This document shows positions 12,103 to 23,781 of a stretch of DNA of 64,000 nt, piece by piece (position 1 is the first letter of the stretch; every line of letters begins with the position of its first letter). The DNA is taken from NCBI RefSeq assembly GCF_009834535.1, contig NC_045697.1, positions 15,874,001 to 15,938,000 on the forward strand. The letters run 5' to 3'. The notes under the pieces are model-generated. The model saw only the letters and a program-made list of their open reading frames with translations, did not search any database and was not told the DNA's origin. A program made the position numbers and the translations under genes. This stretch comes from Camelus ferus (lineage: Eukaryota).

Positions 12103-12445
12103 CTCACAACTTCATTATTATTCATTCATCTGTTGACCTGTTAATCATCTGTTGATGGACACTTAGGTTGTTTCCATATCTTAGTTATTGTGAATATTCC
12201 TGCAGTAAACACAAGAGTTCACATATCTCTTGGCTGTCATCAAGAAGACAGGAGATAAGTGCTGGGAGGATTTGGGGGTAAGAGGACTCTTGTACACTAT
12301 TGGTAGGAATGCAAATTGTTTTAGCCACCATGGAAAACAATATAGAGGTTTCTTGAAAAATTAACAATAGAACTACCGTATGATCCAGCAATTCTACTTC
12401 TGGGTATATATCCAAAGGAAATGGAAACAGGAGTTTGAAGACATA
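11592..12445 (-). mobile_element. L1 (L1MA-like) with 5' inversion: 11592-12230 minus, 12231-12445 plus
   Basis: The minus-strand 3'UTR/ORF2 end stops at ...cacatatctct. The plus-strand ORF2 piece (tagaactaccgtatgatccagcaattctacttctgggtat) ends at the adjoining consensus position. Confidence 0.8.
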
Positions 12446-15400
12446 ATGACTTTTGTTCACCTGTTCCAGGAGGGAGCAATGCTGGAATATTCAGGTGTTG
12501 AGAGGACTATTGGAATTGAAGGAGGGTGATGTCTCAGGTTTTCCCCTGGGGCTCAGGTGAAGTGTTCCTCACTTGAATGTCTGCCTACATTAGCTGTTAT
12601 TTCCTGATCTCCAAAATAAGCTGACACCACCTGGCCTCTTAGTTATCTAAGAACTTGCTTTGAAACAAGGCTACTAGAATTGATCTTAATGTGATTGGCA
12701 GGGGGTGCCTGGATAACTGTGTTGAGAAGGATTCTGTCGGACAGCTGAGGGCTCAGGAGAGAAGGGGGAGAAGAGGATGGCCAGGGGTTAGACTTCACTA
12801 CTCAAGAAACTCAGGAAACTTTTGGAAAAGGATATTCCCCACTATACATGATTACACTGACATTACATCTCGTAAGTCAAAGACTTGTGAGTTCATCAGT
12901 AGGGATTAGCTCTGGGTGCACTAAAGAAAAAATGCCTCTGGATTTGCAGTGTTGATAATTAGACCTTAAGCCGTGTTCATCTCACCAGTTCTATGGCCTT
13001 CCTCTCTATGGTCTTATCTTCCCTACTTATAACTTCAACATTACTTAGGGTGGACATTCACTCTACAGTGATATAAATACTGTTTCTAACAGCTTTCCCA
13101 GGCTTGTAATTGGGTAAATTACTGGTTAACTACATCCTAGATTATTTTTTCAATAGTGAGGCTGACACTGTATAGAAGAAAATCAACAATATTATGAATA
13201 AAACATTAAAAATAGATGCCATCACTGCTCGTGGGATCCTTGCACAACAGTGGCCCTGTCACAATTCAGTTCTTGTTGAGTAAGACAATTGAATACATGG
13301 AACTTGAGACACACTTTGATTCTTGATATTCCTTGAAAGGAAGTGAGAAAACCATTTTAGGAGAAAATGGAAGTTATTAAAATGTATAAGCACTCATAAG
13401 CAGAAACAATGTGTAGTAAGATTTTATTCCCCATTTTTTACAGACAAAATTCTGACTACAATGCAGTTTTGGAGTTTCAAACTCTATACTTAGCATTCAG
13501 TAAGTGCTCAGTAAATGTTTAATGGGTGACTGGGAGATCTGAGTCTAGATGGGCAGGAAAACGGAATTTCTCCCAGGAATTTCAATGAAATATTAGATTT
13601 ATAACACCACTTTGCTTTTTAAAATTTTTTAAATAAATGGTAGATTATTTTTACTTATTTTGAGAGCAATTTTTATGCATCAGTATTATGCATGGTTGTT
13701 AAACTTGGGTTTGCTTTGCCAATAATTGAAATCTGCACTGAAGTGTTTTAACCTTCTTTCTAAATATGCACTTAACCTCTCTGTGCCTCAGTTTCTTCAT
13801 TTAAAAAATAAAAAGGTTAAACTAGTTATTCTTTTGGGATCCTTCCAGTTTAAGAATTATGTGACCCTTTAAATATTCTTTCTAGGCAGGTATGTCAAGG
13901 ATCATATTTTATTAGAACTCTTGATAATTTCTTAGGCTATAAAATTAAATCTAAGGAATTATAATTAATAGTCTTCTTTAAAAAAAAAAAACTTTCTTCA
14001 TTCTTCTTATCCAGCCACTTAATTTGAAATGCGAACACCTTTTTAACCCGGACATAAAATTAGACCTTGCTCTTCAATGAACTGTTCCTATTGATATTGA
14101 TTCAGTTTCCAGGTAACATTTTCTTGACCTTCAATCTGGGTGTTTCCTCTTTGATTCATTCATATTGAAAATGAATCTTACTTTTTTTTTTCCCCTGAGA
14201 AAGTTATGCCTTGGAGTTCCAAGTCAGAAGGGTCACCTCAGATTCAAGTTTAACAAAGTTACTGTGGAGGGAATAAAATCTCAGAGAGGAAGTTGAGTGA
14301 ACAAATCAGTTCAAAACATTAGAGTAAAATTCCAACTGAACAACTTCACCACAGTTACAATCACGAGCAGTGAAATCACCTTTCAAAACACGATCATGGC
14401 AAGCACCACCTAATCTATCAAGTTTTAAGACAGTAAAGTATGATTCTCAAGCTTCGCTATCAACACATAATTCAATTCAGTTAGGCAGTGCAGTAATTTT
14501 AACTTTTCTTAAATTTACCTTGAGCACGAAACTTTTGTCTCTGGGCAGGATCCTGAATTAGAAGGAGGGATAAAATTTCAGAATTACCTTCCTGCCATAA
14601 TTCTGTGTAGAGACTTCATGTATGGCAAACCTGTTTTTCTATTCTGAACTTTTGAGCAGAGACTTAACTCCAATCAGGACTCCTTTTATCTCCAGTTACT
14701 GTTTAAGTAGCATTTTCTTCAATACAATGAAAATATCAGCCAGGTGTTAGAGATGAAACTAGTTTCTTTTGCAATAGAAAGTAATTCTTTAGGCTTATCT
14801 GGAACTGCTGTGTGCAGAGGAGGGAGGGGAAGGCCAGTCTCTTTGACGAGGGTCGTCTCAGAACTGCAAAGTCCCTGTGTGTGAATGAGATTAGCTAATG
14901 AAACAGTACGGTGGCCTGAGATGATTCTGTGCCCTTCTGAAGTTCAGCTGCATTTCCCCGTTGTTTGTGAAGTTCCATTATAGGAATCACTGCCTGCTTT
15001 AAAGATTAGTGAAACCATGATGGGTGGAGGAAGAAAAGGCATCTGAGCCTTGAAGAATTCTAATTGGCATTTGTGAGCAGGTGAACAAGAAGCCACAAGT
15101 GTCTCAGGTGAAATCATGAGTGAGTTTGGGACTAAAGAGTAGATGATGGAAGAAGAATTGTATCACATCTGTTCATGAGATAACTTCTTTCTCCCCTAAT
15201 AAGTGGAATTTATTGATTTTATAGATGTAAACCAGCCTAAAATCTTAAATAATTTTAAATGACTGTGTTCTTTTACCAGCAATAGGCAAGTCAGATATGT
15301 TTTAGAGTTTAAAATAAGTGGAAGAACACAACAGTTAGATCATTGAATAAAATATGAGCAAATTAATGCGTATTAAGTATATACATTTGCTGGTAAATTA

Positions 15401-18400
15401 TTTCGTTATGTGGCTGGGGCTGTGCTTACTTAGTGTCTTAAAATATTTTCTTCCGAAGATGTTCAGGCTATGTTCTTGACCCTTTGAATGAGCAGTTGGC
15501 CTTTTGTTTAAAAAAAAAAAAAAATTTCGTGGCTAAAGTTTTCTGCTCTCGTAAATACATGGTTGCAAGAACGGCTCTGAAAACTTCTTCAGCACGTCTG
15601 GAAAAACAAACAGTATGACGCACCAACTCTGTGTAAGTTTTATACAGACAGGCAGCAAATTTTCTGAGTACTTTTACATAGCAAGGATTTGCTTGTTTGG
15701 CATAGTGCAAGAGCCTATTCCTTAAAGATACAGTTCTGCCTTCAAAATCTGGCTCTGACACCCTTCTGTGTTGTATAACCTTGGACAAGTTATTCTAACT
15801 CAATGAATATCAGTTCATCATCTGTCAAGTTTTATTTCTGGTGAGGATTAATGATATCCTTCATATCCTAGCAAAATGCCTGGCACAATAAATCCCCCAA
15901 AATGATAACGAATGCAGTGAATTCTTTGTTACCCAGCATCTATTAACCAGGATTTTAGAAAAACTGTGACTTCCTGCACAGTCATCAAGCACTGATAATT
16001 TATGCTTCTCCTGATGACCCTGAAATGCATTCTGAATAATTAGAGAAAGATTAAATTATAATCAGTTTAGTTTCAGTGTTAAGTGTATTTTAATTTATTC
16101 TCATTCTTTAAAAATTTGTAATCCTTCTGCATGTGGTAACAATTAACAAAAAATATTTGATTAGCTGGAGCACTCCGTTTCCTGACTTTCTGACTAATAG
16201 AGAGTCTGTTGCATATTGCTGGAATCCAAGCTCTGCCCTGTGGATCAACTGGGCATTGGCTTTGTGGGTTCACTTCACACTGGTATTATATTCACTCTTG
16301 GAGCCAACGTGTTGACTTTATTGGCTGATGGAAATTCTGAAATTAATCTTTAAATATTCTTAAACAATATCCTGAGTCTATACAAGGCCCTCTGCATATT
16401 TTTGTTCACAAGGTCGTAATGCTGGTCATCCAGTCTGATTTTGTGCAGATGAGTAACTAAATCTTCTAACCCTGAGAGTTGTCTCTTCTTTTCTTGTGGA
16501 TTTCTAGAGATGGACATCTCGACTGGCATCAGTAATCCATCTATCTTGGTGTTTCATCAGCCTTTACTCTTATCCAATCATGTTTTCGATTTCTTTTCAC
16601 TGGGCTTTTTAGGCTGTATAACCTTCCTAATGGAACTTCACTGTGCATTTAATCATTTCTGTGATTCTTCTTTGAATTTTCCACATTTTTTTCCATTTGT
16701 CTCTTCCCTCACATAACATCATAGGCTGCTTTAAAAGATGGCTTAACAGCTGACTTGTGTTAGAAATAAAGACTTTAAAAATTTATCCGTATTGTTGTTT
16801 CTTTGTGGTCTCAGTTAGTAAGGTAGGATCCTATTCAGGCAAGCAGATGATTTTAGTGGTTTAATTGAGCACCATCAGACACAGTAGTCATCTGTCCTCC
16901 TCTGTCTGGCCTCATTCTGCCTCCCCTTAAATCTCTGCCTCACCCTGAAATCTCCCCTTCCAACCCACAGTCTTCTCTTCCATAATATCTTCACATCCCA
17001 GTTGGTATCCCCAGTACTTAGTGAGTGCAATGGTGGCTGCAGAAGGAGGCTGACCGTTTCCTTTAAAGAGGGAGCAAGGACAGGGCAGCTGGTGAACAGT
17101 TAATTTTGCTTCTCAGGGATCAGGCAACTCTTGGTCCTGGTATGAAGCCAGGATTGGGTAGGGTGCTCTTGTCAAAATGTGAGGCCTTTCTCGGTGATGT
17201 CTGGGTTCATGCTCCTGGCCAGAAAGCAGCAGCTAGCACTCTACTGTAACCCTGTGATGTCTCTGAAACTAAACTCACTAGGTAGCCATAGTTCAGTTGA
17301 TAAAGTAATTGCCTATTACTACTACTGTGTGTCATTTCACCCCAAAGTGATTTTTCTCATTATATAGACATATATTAGAAGCCAGCCACTCAGTGGTAAT
17401 CTTATCACTGTTTCTTTAGCTATAGCAAACCCATGTCTGTTTGACTATTGCAAACATGTTTCATGTTTGACAGACCACACTTACATTATAGGGCTATGTT
17501 GAATATTCTGGGAAACATGATTTTGAACTTTGATATATTACAACAGTCAATTGCAGTGTTTTATTGAGTAGGCGTCTTTAAGAAAGTGTGACATTTTCCT
17601 AAGTATAGCAGCAGATCTCCTTGGCAGAACAAATGAATTTATGTTAACGTAAAATGTTATAACTTAACAATGTTCACAAAAATGAAGTTAAAATATCTTC
17701 ACTAGCTTTCTGTACCAATACATTATTAGTCACAGAAATGTCATGTTGAATATTTGTATTGGTCAGTAGTTGAAGGAAGCTTATATGACGTTTCTTATTC
17801 TTTACCTTAAAATCTTGCTGTTGAGGCGTAATTGACATGTAATGTTATGTTAGTTTCAGGGGTACAATATAATGATTCAGTATTTGTATATATTGTGAAA
17901 TGATCCCCCAAATAAGTTCAAGTTATTTTTTTTTTAACTTTTGACATTCCTGATCCTGGATTCTCTTATAAATATGGATAACTGCATTCAAGCCAAGTCA
18001 TTTATTGCTTTCCTTTTATTTAAGGGAGATTCACCTTTAAAAAAATCATCTTTGTTTTGCATTTCTATCTTTAAAAATATTTTTTTGAATAACACAAACA
18101 CTTAAAGCTCTGTCATTCAGAATAATGGTAGGGAGGATAGTTAAATGCCAGTGTAACTTGTGGAGAGGTATTCATTTTAGTCAGTTTTTGAAGATGGTCC
18201 ATTTTATTACATTCAGGTTCTTGATGAAAAGAAATATCAGTTAGTAAGCCAGAACCAGGAGGGTAGGGAGAATGCAAGTGTCCTGACCTTGGATGTTGAC
18301 AGAAAGCTTGAAAACTGGTGCATAGCTCTCTGGCATCTGGGTCCAAAGAGCTGCACCATTCGTTACATCAGTAGCGCTCAGAGTATGCACTGTGGAGCCT

Positions 18401-18659
18401 TGGGTTCTGCAGAGAGATCTTTGGGGACTGTTACATTGCATAGAGAGAAGGTGAGAAATCAGGGCTCCGGGGCACCTCAGCTTTCATTGGTTGTTTGTAT
18501 TAGGAATCCATAAAAATTTTCATTTGAAAGCAAGACTCTGTTGCTAAAAAAAGAAAAATTGGAAAGCCACTGAATAATAGAGATCTCATTATCAGAGGGG
18601 AAAAGACATAGTAGCTCCTTTGGGGAAATGAAACTTCACTTCCTTTCTCCTTCACTTAA

Positions 18660-19190
18660 AAAAATGTTTTTCAGACATACAAAAAAAATGTAGGTACCCA
18701 CATAACTGTGACCCAGATTTAACAAATGTTAATATTTTGCCACATATATTTTACATTAAAAAGAAATAAAATACTATTGACCCAGATGGAACCCCTTTGT
18801 GCCCTTCCCAAATCTCCTTTCTTCCTTCCCTCACCTGGGATGACTCTGATCCTGAAAATGATGTGTATAAACTTGTGCACTAGCTGTGCATTTTGCTACA
18901 AAGTACAGGCACCCATAACCTATTTATACATTGTTTTGTGTATCTTACTATTTATATCAATGGTATGGCACTATGCATAGCTGTTTTCAACATTACATTC
19001 TTTAAGATTTATCCATGTTGATACTTCTAGATTTAATTCATTTTTTAATGGATCTGTGGTATGCTGATATGTGACCAGACCACATTTATTTATCCATTCT
19101 CTTGCTGATAGACCTTTGGGGTCCAAATGACAGACTTTTTTTTTTTTTTTTTTTACACTTTTACAAACAGCACTGCACTGAATATCCTTG
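18660..19190 (-). mobile_element. Old L1 3' region (L1ME-like)
   Basis: aagatttatccatgttgat...cacatttatttatccattctcttgctgatagac. Confidence 0.6.
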
Positions 19191-21591
19191 AGTAGCTCAG
19201 ATGTTGGAAAGGCATTTCCTACATGGGAGTTTATAAAACAGCCACACAGTTAGTCCATCCAGGGCCTTTGTACCATTTACAGTGAGACTCCCTTTCCTCA
19301 GAACACTGCGTTTTCTGTAAAATGGTCCCAAAGTCTAAACAAATCTACAATGGCTTTATGTCAAGGGTGTTCCCTAGAGCCGTGCAAAGCACGACCTGTG
19401 TAATCATAAGCAGCAGTCCTGTATGTAGGGGGTGATGTAAGTGTGAAAACCTGTAGGCTAAATAGACTTTGGGTGAGTAAGTGTGTTTAATAGCTTGGCA
19501 ACTGTAATCCGAATAGAAGATTTGTGCTTAGTATTTACTGGATGCTTTTCTAGCTAAGAGCAGAGGCTGGGGGAAATTGTACCTTCTTTGGAGATAATAT
19601 GTTGCAAACAGAGAACACAGAAGGATGTAAAAGGCTTTTGCTTTCTCCAGGTCATGGAAGTTTGGTGGCAGGGCCAAGTGATAACCGTGTGGAGGCATTA
19701 TCCGTATTTCCCCCTTTCCAGAATACTGCCCTCAAGCCCCTTCTATGTAGACACATGGACAGTGCAGCCTCTCCCTGGCTTCATTTGCTAACTCAACAGT
19801 GTGCTACCAAGGAAAGCTAGTTGAGCAGGGAAGGCATATCCACCCTTGCTCTGGGAAAGGAAGTTTGAATTGTATTGGGCTGAGAACCGAGCTGTGAACC
19901 TCTCACTGGGGCTGGTGCTACAATTGTCAATACATTGAAATGTGTTCATCTAAAGTTCCTTTGGTCCTCAGTAGGTGGCTTTGCCTGGAAAGGAAAGCAA
20001 TCCCACAGCAGGCAGTGCAATGTGTCCTCTATTATTGATGGGAGCTTAGTAGGGGAGGAATTCTGCCCTGCTTTGCAAATCCTGAAAGCAGATTACTTGT
20101 TTTGCAAAGCCCTTGTAATCAGATATTGCTACAAGACAGTGGAGAAGGAAACTCCTAGGTATCTAAAGTTTCTTTCTTCTTGACCCTGCCCAAGGCAACA
20201 TTATTTAACCAATGCTTGGGGTAAAGAGTTGAGGGAATGCGTTTCAAATTTGCAGATGACGAAAAGCTCGTTTGGAGAGAGCAAAAACATACTTTCTGCT
20301 ACTTTGATGATGGTTTGTGCATTTTCATCAAATAGGTCTTAGCTTAAATTTCACCTTCGCACAGAGACGTTCCCTGTGGTTCTAATATATGGCCTCCATT
20401 TCCAATCAATTTTTACTTTTTTTTTTTTTAAAATCTGAAGTTGTATTTCTTGGTTGTTTACTGATTTTCTTGACACATCTTCATATGCTATAAGCTTTAG
20501 GAGAGAAGGGACCATGTTTCTCTGCTTGTATTTGGTGCCTCAGGATATAGAATAGTTCCTGGAACATGATAGGAACTTAATACATTTTTGTTGATTGGAA
20601 GAAAATTGTGGCAGTCATCAAAAATATTAGGCAATAAAGTGACATGATCAGATGCCTGGTTTAGAAATGAAACTTGGAATGAGTCAAACTAGAAGCTTGA
20701 TAGAAACTGTTGAATATACTCTACGAAAGCAAACACATATGTTTTAGTCATTTACAGTTTTGCCTTACTTGCATTCGCAGTGTCACATCTCATGATTATA
20801 AGATGGAAGAGCATCACTCTCAGTTTATATCTGGAATGTTATCTCTTGTCCGTGACACTGTTAAGCATTAACGTTAATATTAACAATCTAAATCATACCC
20901 AGAAGAGAAAGTCCAGGATAACCTCATATAGGGAGAGCTCTTTAACAATTTTATTAAAATTTAACAAATATAACAATTTATTCAGATTGTTAAAGAGATA
21001 TCATGTAAAAGACTACAAAGACTCATTTTGTGTTGTTGGAGAGGGCAGAGCTCAGGCCAGTGGGGAGCCAGGCCATGAAAGTAAGTTTCAGTTCAAAGTC
21101 AGACAGAGTTTTCTAACAATTAGTGGGGCTGAGTAAGGGAATGGATGTCCTCAGGAGATCATTAGATATCTGTCAATAGATGATGTGGAAGCAGATGCCA
21201 GATGCCCATCTGTCAAAGATGCCATTGAGAGGATGTCTGCCCCATATGGGACGGTCATTCCACAAGTGTGTGCAATCACCTAATATTTATTGAGTACCTA
21301 TAGTGTGCCTGCTTCCGTGGGGGATACAGAAATATGTAAGGCACAGCTGCTGTCTGGACATGATCACCTTCCAGTCCTGAACTCTGTGACTCTCAGGGAG
21401 TTTTAGCCAAAACCTTAATATGATTCTCACAAATTCCACATTAGAGCAGTTGGAAGTTATGAGGTCTCAAAACACCACCAACGCACCAGTAATACTTACC
21501 CTTACGCCCAGCCAGGAAGAACATGGCTCAGAATACCACTTCACAGCCGAGTACTACTTTTGTTCCTCAATTTAAGCTCTGGCTTTGCCTT

Positions 21592-21767
21592 TTTCTTTTT
21601 TAATTGAAGTGCATTTGACACATAACATTGTGCAAATTTAATGTGTAAAACATGTTGATTTGATGCATTTATATATTGTAATACAATTGCTATTGTAGTG
21701 ATAATTAGCTCCCCTATCACCTCACATAACAATTTCTTTTTAGTTTTTGGAACAATTAAAATCTAGT
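21592..21767 (-). mobile_element. Short L1MA-like 3' end
   Basis: ttaattgaagtgcatttgacacataacattgtgcaaattta, flanked by gctttgc repeats (degenerate TSD). Confidence 0.7.
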
Positions 21768-22864
21768 AGCTTTGCTTTCGTGACATGAAATATTATAGCA
21801 TATAAAAAGTTGGTTTCTTTTCTTTGGTTCACTTCTCTTCTGGTCTTTAAAGTTAATATGAATTCTGAGCTCAGGATGATGTGTGTTGGTTTTCTTTAAT
21901 CAAACTCTGTCGAGATAAATATTTTTGCATTAGAATTGGATCTCAGTGATTCTCATTGATGATAAAAACATGAATTATAAAGTAGAGACTTTCTGGAATT
22001 ATAAGTAAGCACGCTTAATTCTTTAAAGTCAAGTCTGCCCCGATCAATCACAACGTGTTTGACTTGGAAACCTCCTTCAGTGCACGAGAGACGTTAATAA
22101 ATAAATGGATGAAACAGTTTTGGTGGTTATATTTGTATGTCTTATTATAAAGCTAAAATTTCGGTCTCTGGGTTATACCAAAGACACGGCCTTGGCTGTT
22201 GCCTGGATCTGGCCTTTCTGCCTTCACACACTTCAGAAAGGAGTGTAAAGGGTCTCGTTAATGTGTTTCCTGCAGTCACTGAGCCACGTGCTCTCACAGT
22301 GACCTGAGAGATTGATATGCTTCCTTAGGCAACTTACCATGACCCTGGGAGCCACTTTGACCCTGAGTTGATTGTAGCCCCAGTATTTAATGCATGCTTT
22401 CATAATTGCATTAGCAAATATGCAAGATACTTGGGCAGTCTATAAAAATATTCCTTTGTCATATAGTCTGGGGACTTAGTTATTTCCTCTATTGGCCAAA
22501 GCCCCTCTGTCTGTCTCCTTTCCATTTGTTGATCTTGAAGTTAATCCAGTGTAAAACTATGTTCTCCAAATGTAGTTCAGATGAATGTGTTCTGAAAAAG
22601 GGATACAGTACTGAAGGAGTATGTGGTGGAGACAGCTTTCCTAAACCTTTGCTTCAGAGTCGCTAAGAATGATCAGTCAGCAGGGCCTGAAGTTTCCACT
22701 TAGGATGACATGCAAGTGTTTTAAGAGGATCTTAGCTGGAAAAGCAAAAAACTGAGAAAATTAAAAATACTAAAATGGAAGTTTGCATATTCTAATCTTA
22801 CTCTTTTTAAAGTACTCTATTTTTTTTTTTTTTTTTGCTCTAATATAGAGCAAAAATTTTGAAG

Positions 22865-23781
22865 CATTGCTTCTTAATCTTGGCTGCACATTGGAATAGC
22901 CTGGGGAGACTGAGAAAAAAATACTGGTTTCTACCTGGGTTCTCTCTCCCAGTGATTACAATTTATTTTTTCTAGTTTTTTTTAAAGATATAATTGACAT
23001 ATAACATTGTGTAATTTTAAGGTGTACAAAGTGATGTTTAGATACATACGTATATTGTGAAATGATTACAATAGGATTAGTTAGCACTTCCATCACCTTT
23101 TTTGTGTGTTTGTGGTGAGAACATTTAAGATCTCCTGTCTTAGCAACTTTCAAGTACACAATGCAGTGTTGTTAATTGTAGTCACTCTGCTGTATATTGA
23201 GTTTCCAGAACGTATTCATCTTATAACTGGAAGTTTGTGTCCTCTGACCAACATCTTCCCATTTCCCCCACCCCCAGCCCCTGGTAACTACCATTCTATT
23301 TTCTGTTTCTGTGAATTCAGCTTTTTTGAGTCTGCATGTAAGTGAGATCTTAATATTTGTCTTTCTCTATCTGACTTACTTCACTTAGCATAATACCCTC
23401 AAGGTCTATCCATGTTGTTGCAAATGGCAGGATTTTCTACTGTCTTGTGGCTGAAAAATATTACAATATATATTGTATGTATATATAAAAATAGTGTATA
23501 ATATACTCTCTGTATACATTGCCCATATATACACACATACGCATATATGTCTTATATATGAGATCTCTATCTATATTTATTTCACATCTTCGTTATCCAT
23601 TCATATGTAGACAGACACTTAGGTTGTTTCCATATCTAAGCTCTTGTGAATAATGCAGCAATAAACATTGGAGTGCAGAAACAGAGATTCTAATTTAAAT
23701 GTAGGGGGTGTGGCCTGGGCATTAGGGGTTTTACAGGTTCCCCAGGAGAGTCGAATGTGCAGATAATGCTGAGAATCACTG
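22865..23781. mobile_element. MER5-type hAT-Charlie DNA transposon split by an L1
   Basis: Left half aatcttggctgcacattggaatagcctgggga; right half ggtgtggcctgggcatt...aatgtgcag...tgagaatcactg. Confidence 0.7.
22965..23681 (-). mobile_element. L1MA-like 3' end nested in MER5, with degenerate 15-bp TSD
   Basis: gtttgtggtgagaacatttaagatctcctgtcttagcaactttcaagtacac. cagtgattacaattt at 22950-22964 versus cagagattctaattt at 23682-23696. Confidence 0.82.

Noticed and set aside
17451..17469. p53-like AAACATGTTT with adjacent CATG
   Set aside because: Only one proper half-site; the second overlaps it with the wrong spacing.
22832..22856. Perfect 11-bp hairpin (tttttgctcta-ata-tagagcaaaaa) beside poly(T)
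   Set aside because: Resembles a bacterial terminator, which is meaningless here. Too short and A/T-driven for a pre-miRNA.
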